From NCBI GenBank assembly GCA_030141605.1, contig JAQGDQ010000229.1, positions 124,001 through 188,000 on the forward strand: 64,000 nt of DNA, given 5' to 3'. The position numbers and the translations under genes are program-made. This DNA is from Tubiluchus corallicola (lineage: Eukaryota > Animalia > Priapulida). Positions 26,471 to 38,350 of the stretch are shown here, one piece after another; within the stretch, counting starts at the first letter, position 1, and each line of letters begins with the position of its first letter. A model generated the notes under the pieces. That model had not been told where the DNA came from and did no database searches. It saw only the letters and a program-made list of their open reading frames with translations.

Positions 26471-27454
26471 ATTATTGTATTTTTGGCTTTTTTACAATCC
26501 CCATTTTAGCAATTTGTCTCACACAAATTTAACTTTAAACCTCACATGAGAATTGAAATCATATATTGAAGTCGTTCTTTTTTCTCGCTCTTAACTCTGC
26601 CTGTTCATCTACACAATAAAATAAATAAAGGAAAATTTTTGCCACTGACGTATATTACTAATAAAGGTAATTCAAATGAGTCCTTTCTGCGTGCTTGCCG
26701 TCAAATTCTGGCAACGTCAAAATTACTTAATGACTTCCTGACCTTGAAATAATCGGAGAAACAGTGTAAAATGACAGTAATGACGTTTTCTTCATTTAAG
26801 TAATTTTCGGAAGTTCAGGTTACTTTTGAAAAATATGCTTCTGCAGGGAACGAATGAATCCTATATCATTCATTTAAGAAAGCAACCTCAACTCAGCGCC
26901 AAATCAGCAAATGGCAGCAGGCCGCAAGGGTTAAGTGGCGTTTATCTAGCATCAGAAATGCGTTACGCGTTATGCGCTATACAACTGCAGAAAAAAATAA
27001 CGCATAACGCAGGTCTGATGAACGGGTGCATTGAAACCAATATAAACCGATTTTATTTATTCCGCACCCCCAGTAGCTTTTAATAGTGCATGACACGTAG
27101 TATTTCTTAGTTTTTAATGCAAATTTTTGACTTTTATATGGCATTTTTGTGCTGAAATAAACTTTAAAAATATATATATTAAAGTTTATTATATTAAAAT
27201 GGTGTTCAGCTGTTTAAAAATGATATTAAACAATAAATGTCAAATTAAACTCGCCCTCTTCAAACTTCAGTAGTAGGATTTACACCGCGGAAACCTCAAA
27301 ATACCTACCAAACAGCGTCTTTCATTAATGAGCTACAACAACTGGTTTCATTTTCATGGCTGAAAGCTTTCTCTACAAACGAAAATTATCAATTTGCAAA
27401 TTTTGTTAAAAGCAATATTAAATGCTAGATAAACCAGGGAAGAGTAAAACTTAC

Positions 27455-27963
27455 CTAAAATCCTTCTGGATACGTCGAAGTTCTATTTGTACAGCGGCTC
27501 TGCCCTGCTTACCACTGCTCTCCCCGCTGACTCCCTGTTTCTTGTTCCTGGCTTCCTGTCCGGCCATGTTCTGATCCTCATGAATGGTAGCTAGGATGTC
27601 CGGCTTGTCCGGTTTGGCCGTCTGCGACAGGACAGACTTGAGTTTGTCCACTTCGGCCGTGAGTTTAGTGATCTCCTCCGATTTCTCTCGGAGGAGCCGT
27701 TCGAATTCGCACCTCTCCAATTCATATTGCTGTATTTTCGCATCTTTCTGCTTAATCTCGCGTTTCAATTCTGGCAGGAGAACCTTCACTTTGGCAAAAT
27801 CCAGCACCTCACCGTCGATGGTGATTTGGGACGCGGACGCCCCATTGCCCATTGCTGTTCTGGGCAAGTTCGTGTTGGAAGTGGTGGCTGCCGCCGGCTT
27901 CCCCGCCTGCGCTGACTGTGCAACCTTCGGCTGTTTGTTTGACTTATCCCCGAAGAACGGCAT
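27455..27963 (-). CDS. cGMP-dependent protein kinase (PRKG2/dg1-like), N-terminal coding exon
   Basis: GC-richer ORF with MGNGAS (cf. PKG II MGNGS), a long leucine-zipper/coiled coil (LKREIKQKD...EVDKLKSVL), pseudosubstrate-like KKQGVSGES, and KDFR ending at the donor AG|GTAAGT (27455/27454, phase 2), just before the expected first cNMP-binding domain. Confidence 0.85.
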
Positions 27964-30158
27964 GGGAAAATAAGAGACGAACCAAATCAATAGATGCAGG
28001 TGGCGCGGCACGGCGAAACGGAATGCAAATCGAAATGCTAAACAGCAATATCCACCTTAATCATTAACAGTGTGTGTCTGACTGTAATGTTTGTTTGCCG
28101 GTCTATTTATCCGAGCTGTTTATTTTCGCTGGCACCCGTATCTGGTCTGTCAAATACTTGAAGTTAAGAGGTTTATCCAAGCACTCATTCACACTGCTAC
28201 AACAACGATCAAAAATCATGAACATTAGATAAAACTAACAAAACATATTGAAACTCTACTAACACGCAACAGTTACTACACTTAGCTGTCGTTAAAACAA
28301 CGGTAAAACTATATCACGCAACAGTTACTACTTTTAACGATCGTCAAAAGAACGAAAACTAAACGTCATAGTTCTCATAACAACAGATGCTAAATTGCCC
28401 AACACTGATACCTCAATCCGGGCAAATTTGCACAGAGAGCCGTTCAAAGGCGAGCTCATCGATTTCCATGTATTTTCCACAAATTTGATGATTTGCAGCC
28501 TGACACAATCTCTGTTGCAGATAATGACGCTCGAGCAGATTTGAGGCAATTTTGTCACCCAGCCGACATCGATTTGGCAAATTTCTAAATGGCTTTCTGG
28601 ACAGTAACGCGACAGGAGTGATAGCTGATCTTCTGTGTTTAAAGCACCGCTTCTCTGGTATTCTAACCGTAAACAATACTTTCAACTCGCTGAATTTGAT
28701 CAAACAACTAAAACAACACACGTCCGAGGTTTTCAACAGCAGTAGAATACGAAATTTACGAATAAAAACTCTTTCTTGTGTAGCAAAATGAATACAACCT
28801 CAAGCTTCACGATACTAATGATGGCAACGTTCTTTGCTGCACTCTAGTTTGGTAGTAGCACGACTTATTTAACAAAGAAAGTTAATCTACCCGTTTAATC
28901 AGTATAACCACGCAGCAGCCACATTTAGCTAGAACCGCTGAAGTTTACAGAGTTCTGTCAGTACCACACGATTTCAAACGAATTCTCCAAACAGCAAAAC
29001 TAACTCAGCAGCAACAGATGTTTAGAAAATTCCTGCAGCGGTCACAAGGGAGTCAAGTACAGCAGGATAAAACAGTAGACGAAAGCTCAGGCTCCTAAAG
29101 AAAACAAAACGTAAACTGGGTTAATATAATCATTATATTTGTGCGCTAGGGACGTTGCCAGCAATATAAACTAAAGAAGCCAAGTTGCATATTGGAATTC
29201 GGTTAAATGTTAAAAACGTTGTAGTCTGCAATACTTGTTTTTCTTGAAAACGGATGGCGCCACGTATGCTACTTAGCATCATAAACAGGCTTACGTTTTT
29301 GCCTTTGCTATATGTAAAATTTAGTACTGAAGTAACAAACTACTTTAATAACTGTTACTATGAACACATTCACAATCACCTGCGTGATACATTCAAGGTC
29401 AAATTGGTTTCAAGAATCGGTGTTGAGACAGAAATAAGTAGACACGGCATGCGTGTCATAAACCGAATAAAATGTACACCTGAGCAAGAGATAATTTAAA
29501 ATTAATATTGTACATATTACACATTGGTCTCAAGATTTTGTTATTCGCATAGCTCAACATTTTGCTGATCTTTAGTCCTTAAAGAGCCATGTTCTTAACA
29601 GGCTTTTAGAAATTGTCGGTCTGTTTGGGTAGCGTGTAAGGTCGACGTTCCAAACCACAGGTGAAAACATAGCTAGTTTGTAAAATAGACAGTCTAGCTT
29701 CTTAAGACAGCTATCTCACTGAGCAACAAAACAGTTTTTACCTCGATTGTAGAATTTTTTTCTCAGTAGTTTTTACTTGTTTGCCATTTCGTTTGTTTAG
29801 GTTCTACCGATATCATCATTCATCATTCACTCACTCTATTAAATATATATCTATAGTATACCGGCGTATATATATATAAGCTGATCTACAGTAAGAACCT
29901 GGTCGTAAATCATTTTCTAACATACTCGTAATGTGCAATGACAGCTGGCATTTATTAAATGAATAAATTTATGGTCAACCCTTTACCAATCTTAAGTAGC
30001 TTGTTGAACCTTGTCATGTAAACTGTATACAGCATGACAAACTTGAAGCCGCAGTCCAAATGGTTTCTTTTGTTGCATGTAGAAAAGAGAGCCGATTACT
30101 CTTCCGAAAGGCAACGATAAAGGAAAAGACAGTGAAGAGAGAAAGGGAAATCGAGTGA

Positions 30159-30159
<1 letters not shown>

Positions 30160-30254
<95 letters not shown>

Positions 30255-30394
30255 AGGAAGGGGAAAGAGAGAGAGCGAGAGAGAGAGAGAGAAAGAAAGA
30301 GGAGAGGAGGAATGGGGAGAGAGGGAGAGAGAGAAAGAGTGAGAGAAAAAGAGAAAAGGTAAGGGAAAGAGAGAGAGAAGAGAGAGGGGGTGTA

Positions 30395-30488
<94 letters not shown>
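30160..30488. repeat. Compound (GA)n / purine-rich microsatellite
   Basis: Two GA tracts flank a degenerate purine-rich block. Confidence 0.98.
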
Positions 30489-30490
<2 letters not shown>

Positions 30491-30941
30491 GTGTTGATTT
30501 TTCTTGCAACCGAGCCATTATCGAAATACTTCGTTCAATATCAGCTAACGACACTGTTAAACCTGTTATGCGATGAAGAGATTCAGTAAACAAGTAAAAA
30601 CAGACTCAGAGTGACATCTGGTTATGGGAATGATAAATGCGCGATGCAATTATTGAAGCAGGGCTGCCAGTATTTGTAAGTGCATTTGCGTTTGGAACAA
30701 ATAGCTGAATGGTCACGCGTTCTGCACTTTGTGACTGAATTAACAAATGTCGAGCAAATATCAGCAAATAGATGGGTGATTGCCAGAAAGTCGCTTCTGG
30801 GCTACCATACAGTTGCAAGCCATTTACCTTGTCAAAGGAGGACATATAACTGAACTGTCAATCAGGCATCTCTATCAGTTCGGTGTCTAATCTCAGAATA
30901 TTATCCTTGAATGTCAGACCTTTAATACTGTGACTAACTCA

Positions 30942-31250
30942 TTAAAGGAAAACAGGATGATTTTTCATATCCTACCCTATTTTGAAAAACGGTAAAAACA
31001 TACATTTTAGTACCTATAGTACAAATAGTACAAAAGCATTTCGACAATTAAATAATATATTATAGGCGAACCCAGTTAGTGATGACATTACTAGCAAATG
31101 GTGAAATGCATGTAATAGCGAAGACCTAATCGCGCAAACGCTAATTCTTTCACATAAGTCATTCTTGAAAAAATAGTATGTATTCCTTGACTATTATAGA
31201 TGATAATTTATTTTGAGCCATAGTTTAAAATGAGGTCCTGTTTCTTTTAA
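30942..31250. mobile_element. TTAA-flanked MITE family A
   Basis: TTAAAGGAAAACAGGA ... TCCTGTTTCTTTTAA; internal tagtgatgacat and taagtcattcttgaaaaaatagtat shared with other copies. Confidence 0.8.
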
Positions 31251-31489
31251 AGCAATAAGGGCAGCAGCTACAAGTGAGTACAATGCTTACTGTTGATATT
31301 TTTCATACTTTATGAGGTTTTATTTGACCAGTCTCTCTTCCAATAATGACAGCGCCTTTCTGTTCGTAAGATCCAGGTTGAAACCAGTGAAACAGTGTTA
31401 AAATTTTTTGTTGATGCCAAAAAGTTTGATTCTCAGAGCACGATTACTTTAAAACGCTTTGGATTGTAGATTTGGGATACCAGATTGAG

Positions 31490-31890
31490 GCTTATAAACG
31501 CTGCAAAATTTTAAATCTTTTTATTTACTTACTCACGTCATCTTGAGAATTTTATGTCACTTACATGCTGTCTTATTCCATACAGAGCTTGCGTTAGCGG
31601 TAACGCTGTCTGAAACTTATAAATTTAAACTCCCGCGATGACCGTTACGCGCAGCCATTTTAATGCTAGGTCGTTTGAAACAAGTTCAGATAACACTGCA
31701 TATAGTTTGAAAAAATAATCAGGGGATTGGTAGCGCACACTTTACCAACTAAGCAAACATTTTAAATACTTATCTTGTCAATAAGATTAAAAATACGTTT
31801 TTCTGTGAATCACTGGTGAGTCAGAGACATTTTACAGCTGGCCCGAACATTTTAAATTACTAAGAATTTTCTTTTCTAGGTAAGCATAAT
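31490..31890 (-). mobile_element. MITE family B, partial inverted copy
   Basis: Reverse complement of ~32410-32775, e.g. ctcccgcgatgaccgt vs acggtcatcgcgggag, and ggtgagtcagagacattttac vs gtaaaatgtcgctgactcacc. Confidence 0.8.
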
Positions 31891-32155
31891 GCTAAGTAAT
31901 ATAACTTTGCAAGGAAAGTTTTTTGGGATATACTTTAATGTCTCTAGGAATATTGACAACATATCCTTAAAGAAGTACAGTTTATCAGTACAGGAACACG
32001 TTTGAAATAAACAGGTTTTACTTTTCACACAGCTATTAGAGGCACTCAGAATTGAATAACTGCCCCATTGTACACAAATGCGTAATAAGCGTAACAACGC
32101 GTAAGAACGTTCCTCTGCAGCAAATGACTCTGCGCGGCCGTCGTACGCTTTCTCT

Positions 32156-32778
32156 TTAAAGGACAAGAAAAGGGGTACCTAAAGTAGCTTTCAGAAAATC
32201 GCCTTGAGAAATTATACTACTTCATTGCAGTTTTATGGATATATCGTACTCGCGTTGAAAGGATTTTTTGTTTGTTTTCAGTTTAAATCTCCCGCGACAC
32301 TCCTCAGACGGCGCCATTACATGACGTCGCTTACACAAACGTAAATCAGGGGAAGAAAAGGAATGTTTAATTATGTCCCATGCAAAATTATATTACTTAC
32401 CTGCTTGAATACTTACGTAACTAGAAAAGAAAATTATTAATTATTTAAAATGCCTTTACCAATTGGTAAAATGTCGCTGACTCACCCTCCAGGGTGCAAC
32501 CAAAAACGTACTTTTAATCTTACTGACAAGATACAGTATTTTAAATTTTACCTACTTAGTGACGTGTGCGCTACGAATGCTACGATTATTTTTTTCAAAC
32601 TTTACAGAATGTTATCTAAACTTGTTTCAAATGAAATGACTTATCGTCAAAATGACAACTTATGACGGTCATCGCGGGAGCTTAAATTTAGAAGTTTTAT
32701 ATAGTGTTACTGCCGACGCAAGTCTAACATGTAAGTGGTATAAAATTTCAAGACGACTTTTTTCAGCTTTATGTAAGT
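32156..32778 (+). mobile_element. TTAA-flanked MITE family B, right end truncated
   Basis: TTAAAGGACAAGAAAAGGGGTACC...; colinear with 57792..58431. Confidence 0.85.
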
Positions 32779-34034
32779 TGAGGGAATTCCAGACAGCATA
32801 ATCCAAGGCATTAACTCCAAGTTTTTTTCTTAATAACATTTTTTTATCAGTGTTTTACTCTCTGTTGTGAAGATCATAATGTTAATTGGTTGATTTCGCT
32901 GTTGTTTTGCTGCCATGTATTATTGAGTGCTTTATACACCAATGCGGTTTTGTCAATTAATGAAAATTAGCTGATATAGTTCAAGCACTTAAATTTTTAA
33001 CATGCAAAAACTCGGCAATAACTTAAAAACTACTAAACCCATAAACTTGTAACTTTCACAAACAATACGGTAGTGTACAGTAATGTCAAGCTGTGAAACT
33101 TCAACTTTATAGAAGATTTGTTTCTAATATTACTGTAATCTAAACTTCGGCACATTTTTTCTGCGCCACCCGATATATGGTAATGTTTATACTGTATCTT
33201 ATTTATACTGTACTTTATACTTATACTGTATACTGCAACTCTCATAAAGAAGATATGCAGCAACTTAGTGCTTTCTAAATATGAACACGGTTTTTCTCTA
33301 TGGACGTGCTGATTCGAGCCGTTCACTTCGTAGAGAGAGGATGTATACGCATCCAATCATGCGTAAGACACTTCTGCCAGTTCAGTGGCTCATCTTAGCC
33401 TTGTAAATGCGTGAGATCCCGGTCTTACCACGACCGTCTAACTTGTGTACGATAGATATGCAGGCCTGCCTTTCAATGCTGGCTTCCGGCTGGCAGGATT
33501 GCATTGTACAAAAAGTGGAACTGTGGAAAAACCGCATCGTCATTCGACATTGCATTGTACCCTCAGTTTACATTCATGGTACAACGCCTGAAAAGGACTG
33601 AACTGAGGAACGCTCTATAGAACAGAGCTCAGATCAATATAAATGCAGTACACTGCCAGGCAAATACTAACACACGCACACGTTTACTTGCTATAACAAT
33701 TGACAGGTTTGCTCTAATTAGAAACAAAAGCAACGAGAAGCGTCTGATGAGCAAAGCAGCAGAATAAACTAAAATTAAATTAAACCGCGACAGAACTGCC
33801 AATCTAATAAGTCCCTAACCCGCCAAACGACACGACTGCGCCAAGCGGGGACGTAATTACGTCTTCAGAGGCAGCGTCAACAATTACTAACGCCGAGAAA
33901 AAATGAGTGGAATTGAAAGTGGAGACGGGGGTGGGTGGGTGAGTTTGTCAGTTGCGACACAGAATAAGTAAAAGGGATAGATCATTGATGTTATGAATTC
34001 CGCTCGTTCAACAGTTATTCGTCATTGTAATGTC

Positions 34035-34402
34035 GGTAACCGGTAACAAAATCACAGGAAAAGAATCACAGCAAAAAAGTTCACAATTAATGTATCGTGA
34101 CCAGAAAAGATCACAATTTTTGCTAGGAATGACAGTCGGGTAATCAAACAAAACTATCCAAGTCATTTACAATTTACTTAAGTACTATAAACATTTAAAG
34201 TAATGAAACAGAAAGTATTTTAAATCAGTAATTAACTGGCAAATGACTTGAAGTATTGGCAACACTATTTATATATGATGGTATTACATGTATGTAAAAA
34301 ACACTTTTGTTCAAATGGTTAGGATTCGGGTTTGGGGTTAGGGTAAGGGTTAGAGAGAATTATGATTACTTCTTTTTTCCTGTTATTTATTTTATTGCCT
34401 GG
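34035..34402. mobile_element. Second, inverted copy of the TTAGGG-containing MITE
   Basis: ggtaaccggtaacaaaatcacaggaaaa matches the reverse complement of the 10879 end; degenerate GGGTTA array at 34317-34353; ends cctgg. Confidence 0.65.
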
Positions 34403-36829
34403 GTACGTAATATGTAGAAAAAAAGAACTGCAAATTTCTCAAGGCAATGCGCAATGCCGACAATGGGAATAAAAGGTGTGGTACCCTCTGTTTTTGTTTC
34501 TATGTCTAGTGATAGCAGCAGGTGAACAGTTAACGCTAGTGCCATCAAAGCCATGGTGAGATTAGGCCCACCAACTCACCAAGAGTATTTCGAGCCACTC
34601 TCACAGTTCTCACAAAACGGTTTTTTCTGTCAGACGGTCGAGACTATATCCTATGTTGAAAAAACAGGTGCTAAAACCACTGAACTGGTGAAGGACCTCA
34701 TCTCATAGTCCTCTGTATCTGACATGAATGTGGGGGATATTTGGGACCGGGGACAAAGTCGCAACCATGTCTTCTTCTGACCATCCTAAGTGATATCAAA
34801 AATAGCAGAATTCATTTTTTGCGTTAGCAAAAGTAATCCGTTATATCGTGGCACCATCGAGGACCTTACGCACAGTACAGTTTCTCTTAGGTAAAAATAG
34901 ACAACTAAGGCAAGCACTGGATTTTTTGCCTAACGACAATTTGCATGCCATGTGCAAGACGCGAAAGCTTCGAAATTTTTCACACTGAACATTATAAGGC
35001 TTCTGGTTAATATCAGAAGCCATAGAAGAAGCGTCAGAATTCACAATGCAGCTAACTTTCATCTTTCCCATGCAAGGCCTGACATAAACAATTAATCGAT
35101 ATTTACTGCAAACTTTTGAAGTGGTAGCTAGCATAACGCAAGCGGCAAGCGTGAAAACATCTATTTTAACAAAGAGCGAATTCACGCGCTGAGTGCACAA
35201 AATGCATCTTCCCATCACGATAAAACAGAGCACAAGAAAAACTGAAAACTGTGACATGAAGTTGTTTATGACACAAAAACAACAAGATCTCTCTCCAAGG
35301 AAATGCTTGATAAAAACTATCCTAAAATAACCAAAAATTCACTACAAAAACATTTTCTTATTTTTTCTAGCAACTAAACAATCCCGCAGACGCTACAACA
35401 TAAAACAAATGTTAGAGGTACACGACAGCTAAGATGCTATAACCATACTATGTAGTTTTGCGCGTTAAGAATTTTTACAGTTAAATTTATAGTTTTATAA
35501 AGAACAATGTTCAAAAACTATAGAAAGTTGTCACAAAATAGGGCATCTTAAGGACAAATTAAATGTAAGAAACTTGAAAATACGAAAAATTAATTGTGGA
35601 ACTTCAACAGTGCAAAAAATTACTCACGAAGAAAAAGCTTACAACTGTTAATACCGTATTAGCTAGTGTTTCATTTCCAGGGTCAGCACTTATGGAATAG
35701 ATACTAGATCCTTATTTTAATAAAATCTCATATTTCACGTGCGTTACAAAGCTGCTCTTTGCAGTTACTGTAGCTTCACTTTAGTTCCACCTACAATGTT
35801 TCTGCATTTTGCTTCAAACATGTCGTTCTGTATTGTTTTGCATGAAGAAGTGAGCTCTCGTAAGGAGGTTGTCCCTACTCCCTAGAGAAATTCAGAAACA
35901 GCAAAAAATTGTTGTTAAGCAAACCTGAAAACGTCCAAAAACCTTTTGCGCTTTATTTACAATTTTGACTTGACTGGCCGAACATAGTATGAAATTCGCA
36001 ATCAAACATGTCAGATGACCACACGGGCTATACAAATGTGATCAAAAGGCATCGTGTAAATGCTGTTCTCAGTATGTGCTTACATTTTTCCTCAAGCGCT
36101 ACAAACCCACATATAAACCTACAACCACAACTGTTCAACAAGCAAACGTAATTTTTCTGATAGCAGCTACTTACTCAAGCGAAAACAGAGGCCTCACACC
36201 GCGAGCGTATCGATCCTTGCTACCCACATAATGCAGGTAAACCAACTTTACCACAAAACCATACAAACCTTTTCATCAAGATTTTCTCAGCTCGTAAAAT
36301 GTCCATGCCCATTTTGCTAATAAAACAGCTTTCAAGAGTGCCAGGCAGCCATCACAATGAAAGTAACCATCAGAGAACTCTTACTTATGAATCTGCCCAG
36401 TCTAAATTAGCTTCTTTGCCAAACTAATTCCTAGTCTCTGGGCTTCTTTGCCAAGTCTTAATTCTTAGTCTCGGGACTGGCTTCTTTGCCAAGTAACGGG
36501 CGTTACAGTTAATAGGCTTATTTTGTGCTGTCGTCTGTGAATTATTCGCAGGATGTATTAATGACAGGACTGTACTACTAATAATGTTTTACGTGGGCTG
36601 ACGTAGGTCTGTGAAGGTGTTATTGATAAAGCTCAAAATTTGAAGGTGACCTGACAAGACGCCAACATGTATTATATTGCAAATGTAGCGTAATATGCCA
36701 GCATGCGGTTGTGGTAAATTGCTTTCTACCATTAACGCCCTAAAATCTGACACCGCCAAAATCTTTTCAAAGGATTAAAGTTAGAAAGCCTAAATTCTTT
36801 TTATAATGCCTATTTAAGCAGATCCGGTA

Positions 36830-37140
36830 TTGCTGGACAATTATGTAACCGGTTGCGATGAAAATATAATCGAAAGTAGAGATCATTTAAAATATCGCTC
36901 ATAGAAAGCAAATTAGAAAATGAAAGGAGGAAATGGGGCATCTATAGAACAGACAATAGGTATAGGGTGTTAACTAAAACAGAACAGACCCGAGATAACA
37001 ACTCAAACGAGGCTGATGACATAAAAAAAGAATTAAGCTGCATTAAAAATAGCAAAAATAATTACAAAAATATCGTTAAACTTATAAGATATCTTACTAA
37101 TTTCTACAAGAATCATACAAGTAGCTAGCAAGAACAAACA
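36830..37140 (+). mobile_element. Highly decayed LINE (RTE-like) fragment
   Basis: A-rich strand bias and remnants resembling KW..H..R.D.RW and RW.DDIK (aggaaatggggcatc...gacaatagg...gctgatgacataaaa). Confidence 0.3.
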
Positions 37141-37569
37141 GCATTTCGTGTGATTTTATCCAATTTAAATGGATCTTTTACAAATCTAATGAGTAATTTT
37201 ATTTCGGTTTTTCATTAATACGGGCCGCTGGCATGCAGGTGGGGTAGTATTTGAAGTGCGAATATTGCACACCTACTTATTATACTTCATCTCAACGTTT
37301 TGTACTAGGATTAGACAAACTACACAATTATTTCTGTGCTTTATAGCACTGCGTAGGAATTCGCAAAATCTCTCTCTCCTTTTTTATGACTTTTCTCGAG
37401 CTGAAATAATCAAGTAGCTTAGACTAGCGTAGAAAGCCACTGCAAGTATTCTTCACAATATTCAGATCACAGCCTCCAGATGACAGGGTAGTACTTCACG
37501 GCGACGTTGATCCCATACTCGACTAGTTCAACCAGGCCTGTATGTGACAGGATAGTTAGCCGCACATGA

Positions 37570-37602
37570 AAGAGAGGGTGAGAAAAGGGAGAGAAACAGA
37601 GA

Positions 37603-37671
<69 letters not shown>

Positions 37672-37672
37672 C

Positions 37673-37727
<55 letters not shown>
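37570..37727. repeat. (GA)n/(GAGACA)n microsatellite
   Basis: Direct reading. Confidence 0.97.
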
Positions 37728-37732
<5 letters not shown>

Positions 37733-37984
37733 TATAAGTGCGCCTAGGTGCCTAAGTGAAAGTAAAATACACCCACGCGTTTCTTTATCATCCAAATAAG
37801 CCGCGACAAGTTTCGACTGGAAACTGCATAAGCAATTTCCAATTTTTTACATCATCTCAGTAAACAATTTCCAATTTTTTACATCATCTCAGTAAACAAT
37901 GTAGATATTTCTCATTTTCTTCATCCCAAGGTATAATATTTGCCCAGGATACCCGTTGAATATGGGTAGCAGCGCTGTTAATAA

Positions 37985-38350
37985 ATATAATGAAGCTAAT
38001 CAGAACCCGGACATGAACCACCGGAAAATTATCAACGATGAACTGCTATCATTCAGCAAAGTCACAGACATCTACTGCCAAGGGCAACAAAATTTAGTAA
38101 GAACAATGATTAGTGCTTGAAGATCATAGCTTTCAAGGCATGGTTAAAATTGGAAGAACAGCAGATCCCGAAGCTTGCACGCAGCAATTCGAAACTACTT
38201 GTGCCAACCACGTACGGAATATAAGGTTCTAACAATAAATCCAATCCCCCGGGTCTCTTATCTGTGGAACTCTTTGCCAGAAAATTACTTCCCGTCAACT
38301 GCATCCTCATTTAAAGCGAACGCACCTTCACTTGAAACGAATATCGTGAA
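37985..38350 (+). mobile_element. CR1/L2-clade LINE 3' fragment
   Basis: Translation RVSYLWNSLPENYFPSTASSFK matches the RxxxxWNxLP...SxxxFK C-terminal motif of CR1/L2 ORF2. Confidence 0.6.

Noticed and set aside
27014-27040. CTGATGA...GAAAC hammerhead-like core
   Set aside because: No stem II, stem I or NUH triplet. The same applies to CTGACGA...GAAGC at ~39115 and to other isolated CTGANGA hits.
27584-27973. 129-aa plus-strand ORF opposite the PKG exon
   Set aside because: Antisense shadow; no motifs.
27964-28011. N-terminal extension MPRHLHLLIWFVSYFP in the ORF track
   Set aside because: Starts at a GTG; in a eukaryote this is more likely 5' UTR.
34841-35257. 138-aa minus-strand ORF
   Set aside because: No recognisable domain or coding-like composition; the same holds for the other 60-125 aa ORFs between 5 and 64 kb.
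37470-37560. Possible minus-strand 5S-like relic
   Set aside because: Only GGCCTGGTT and TGGGA match with irregular spacing; too weak, but it should be included when testing the strand bias.
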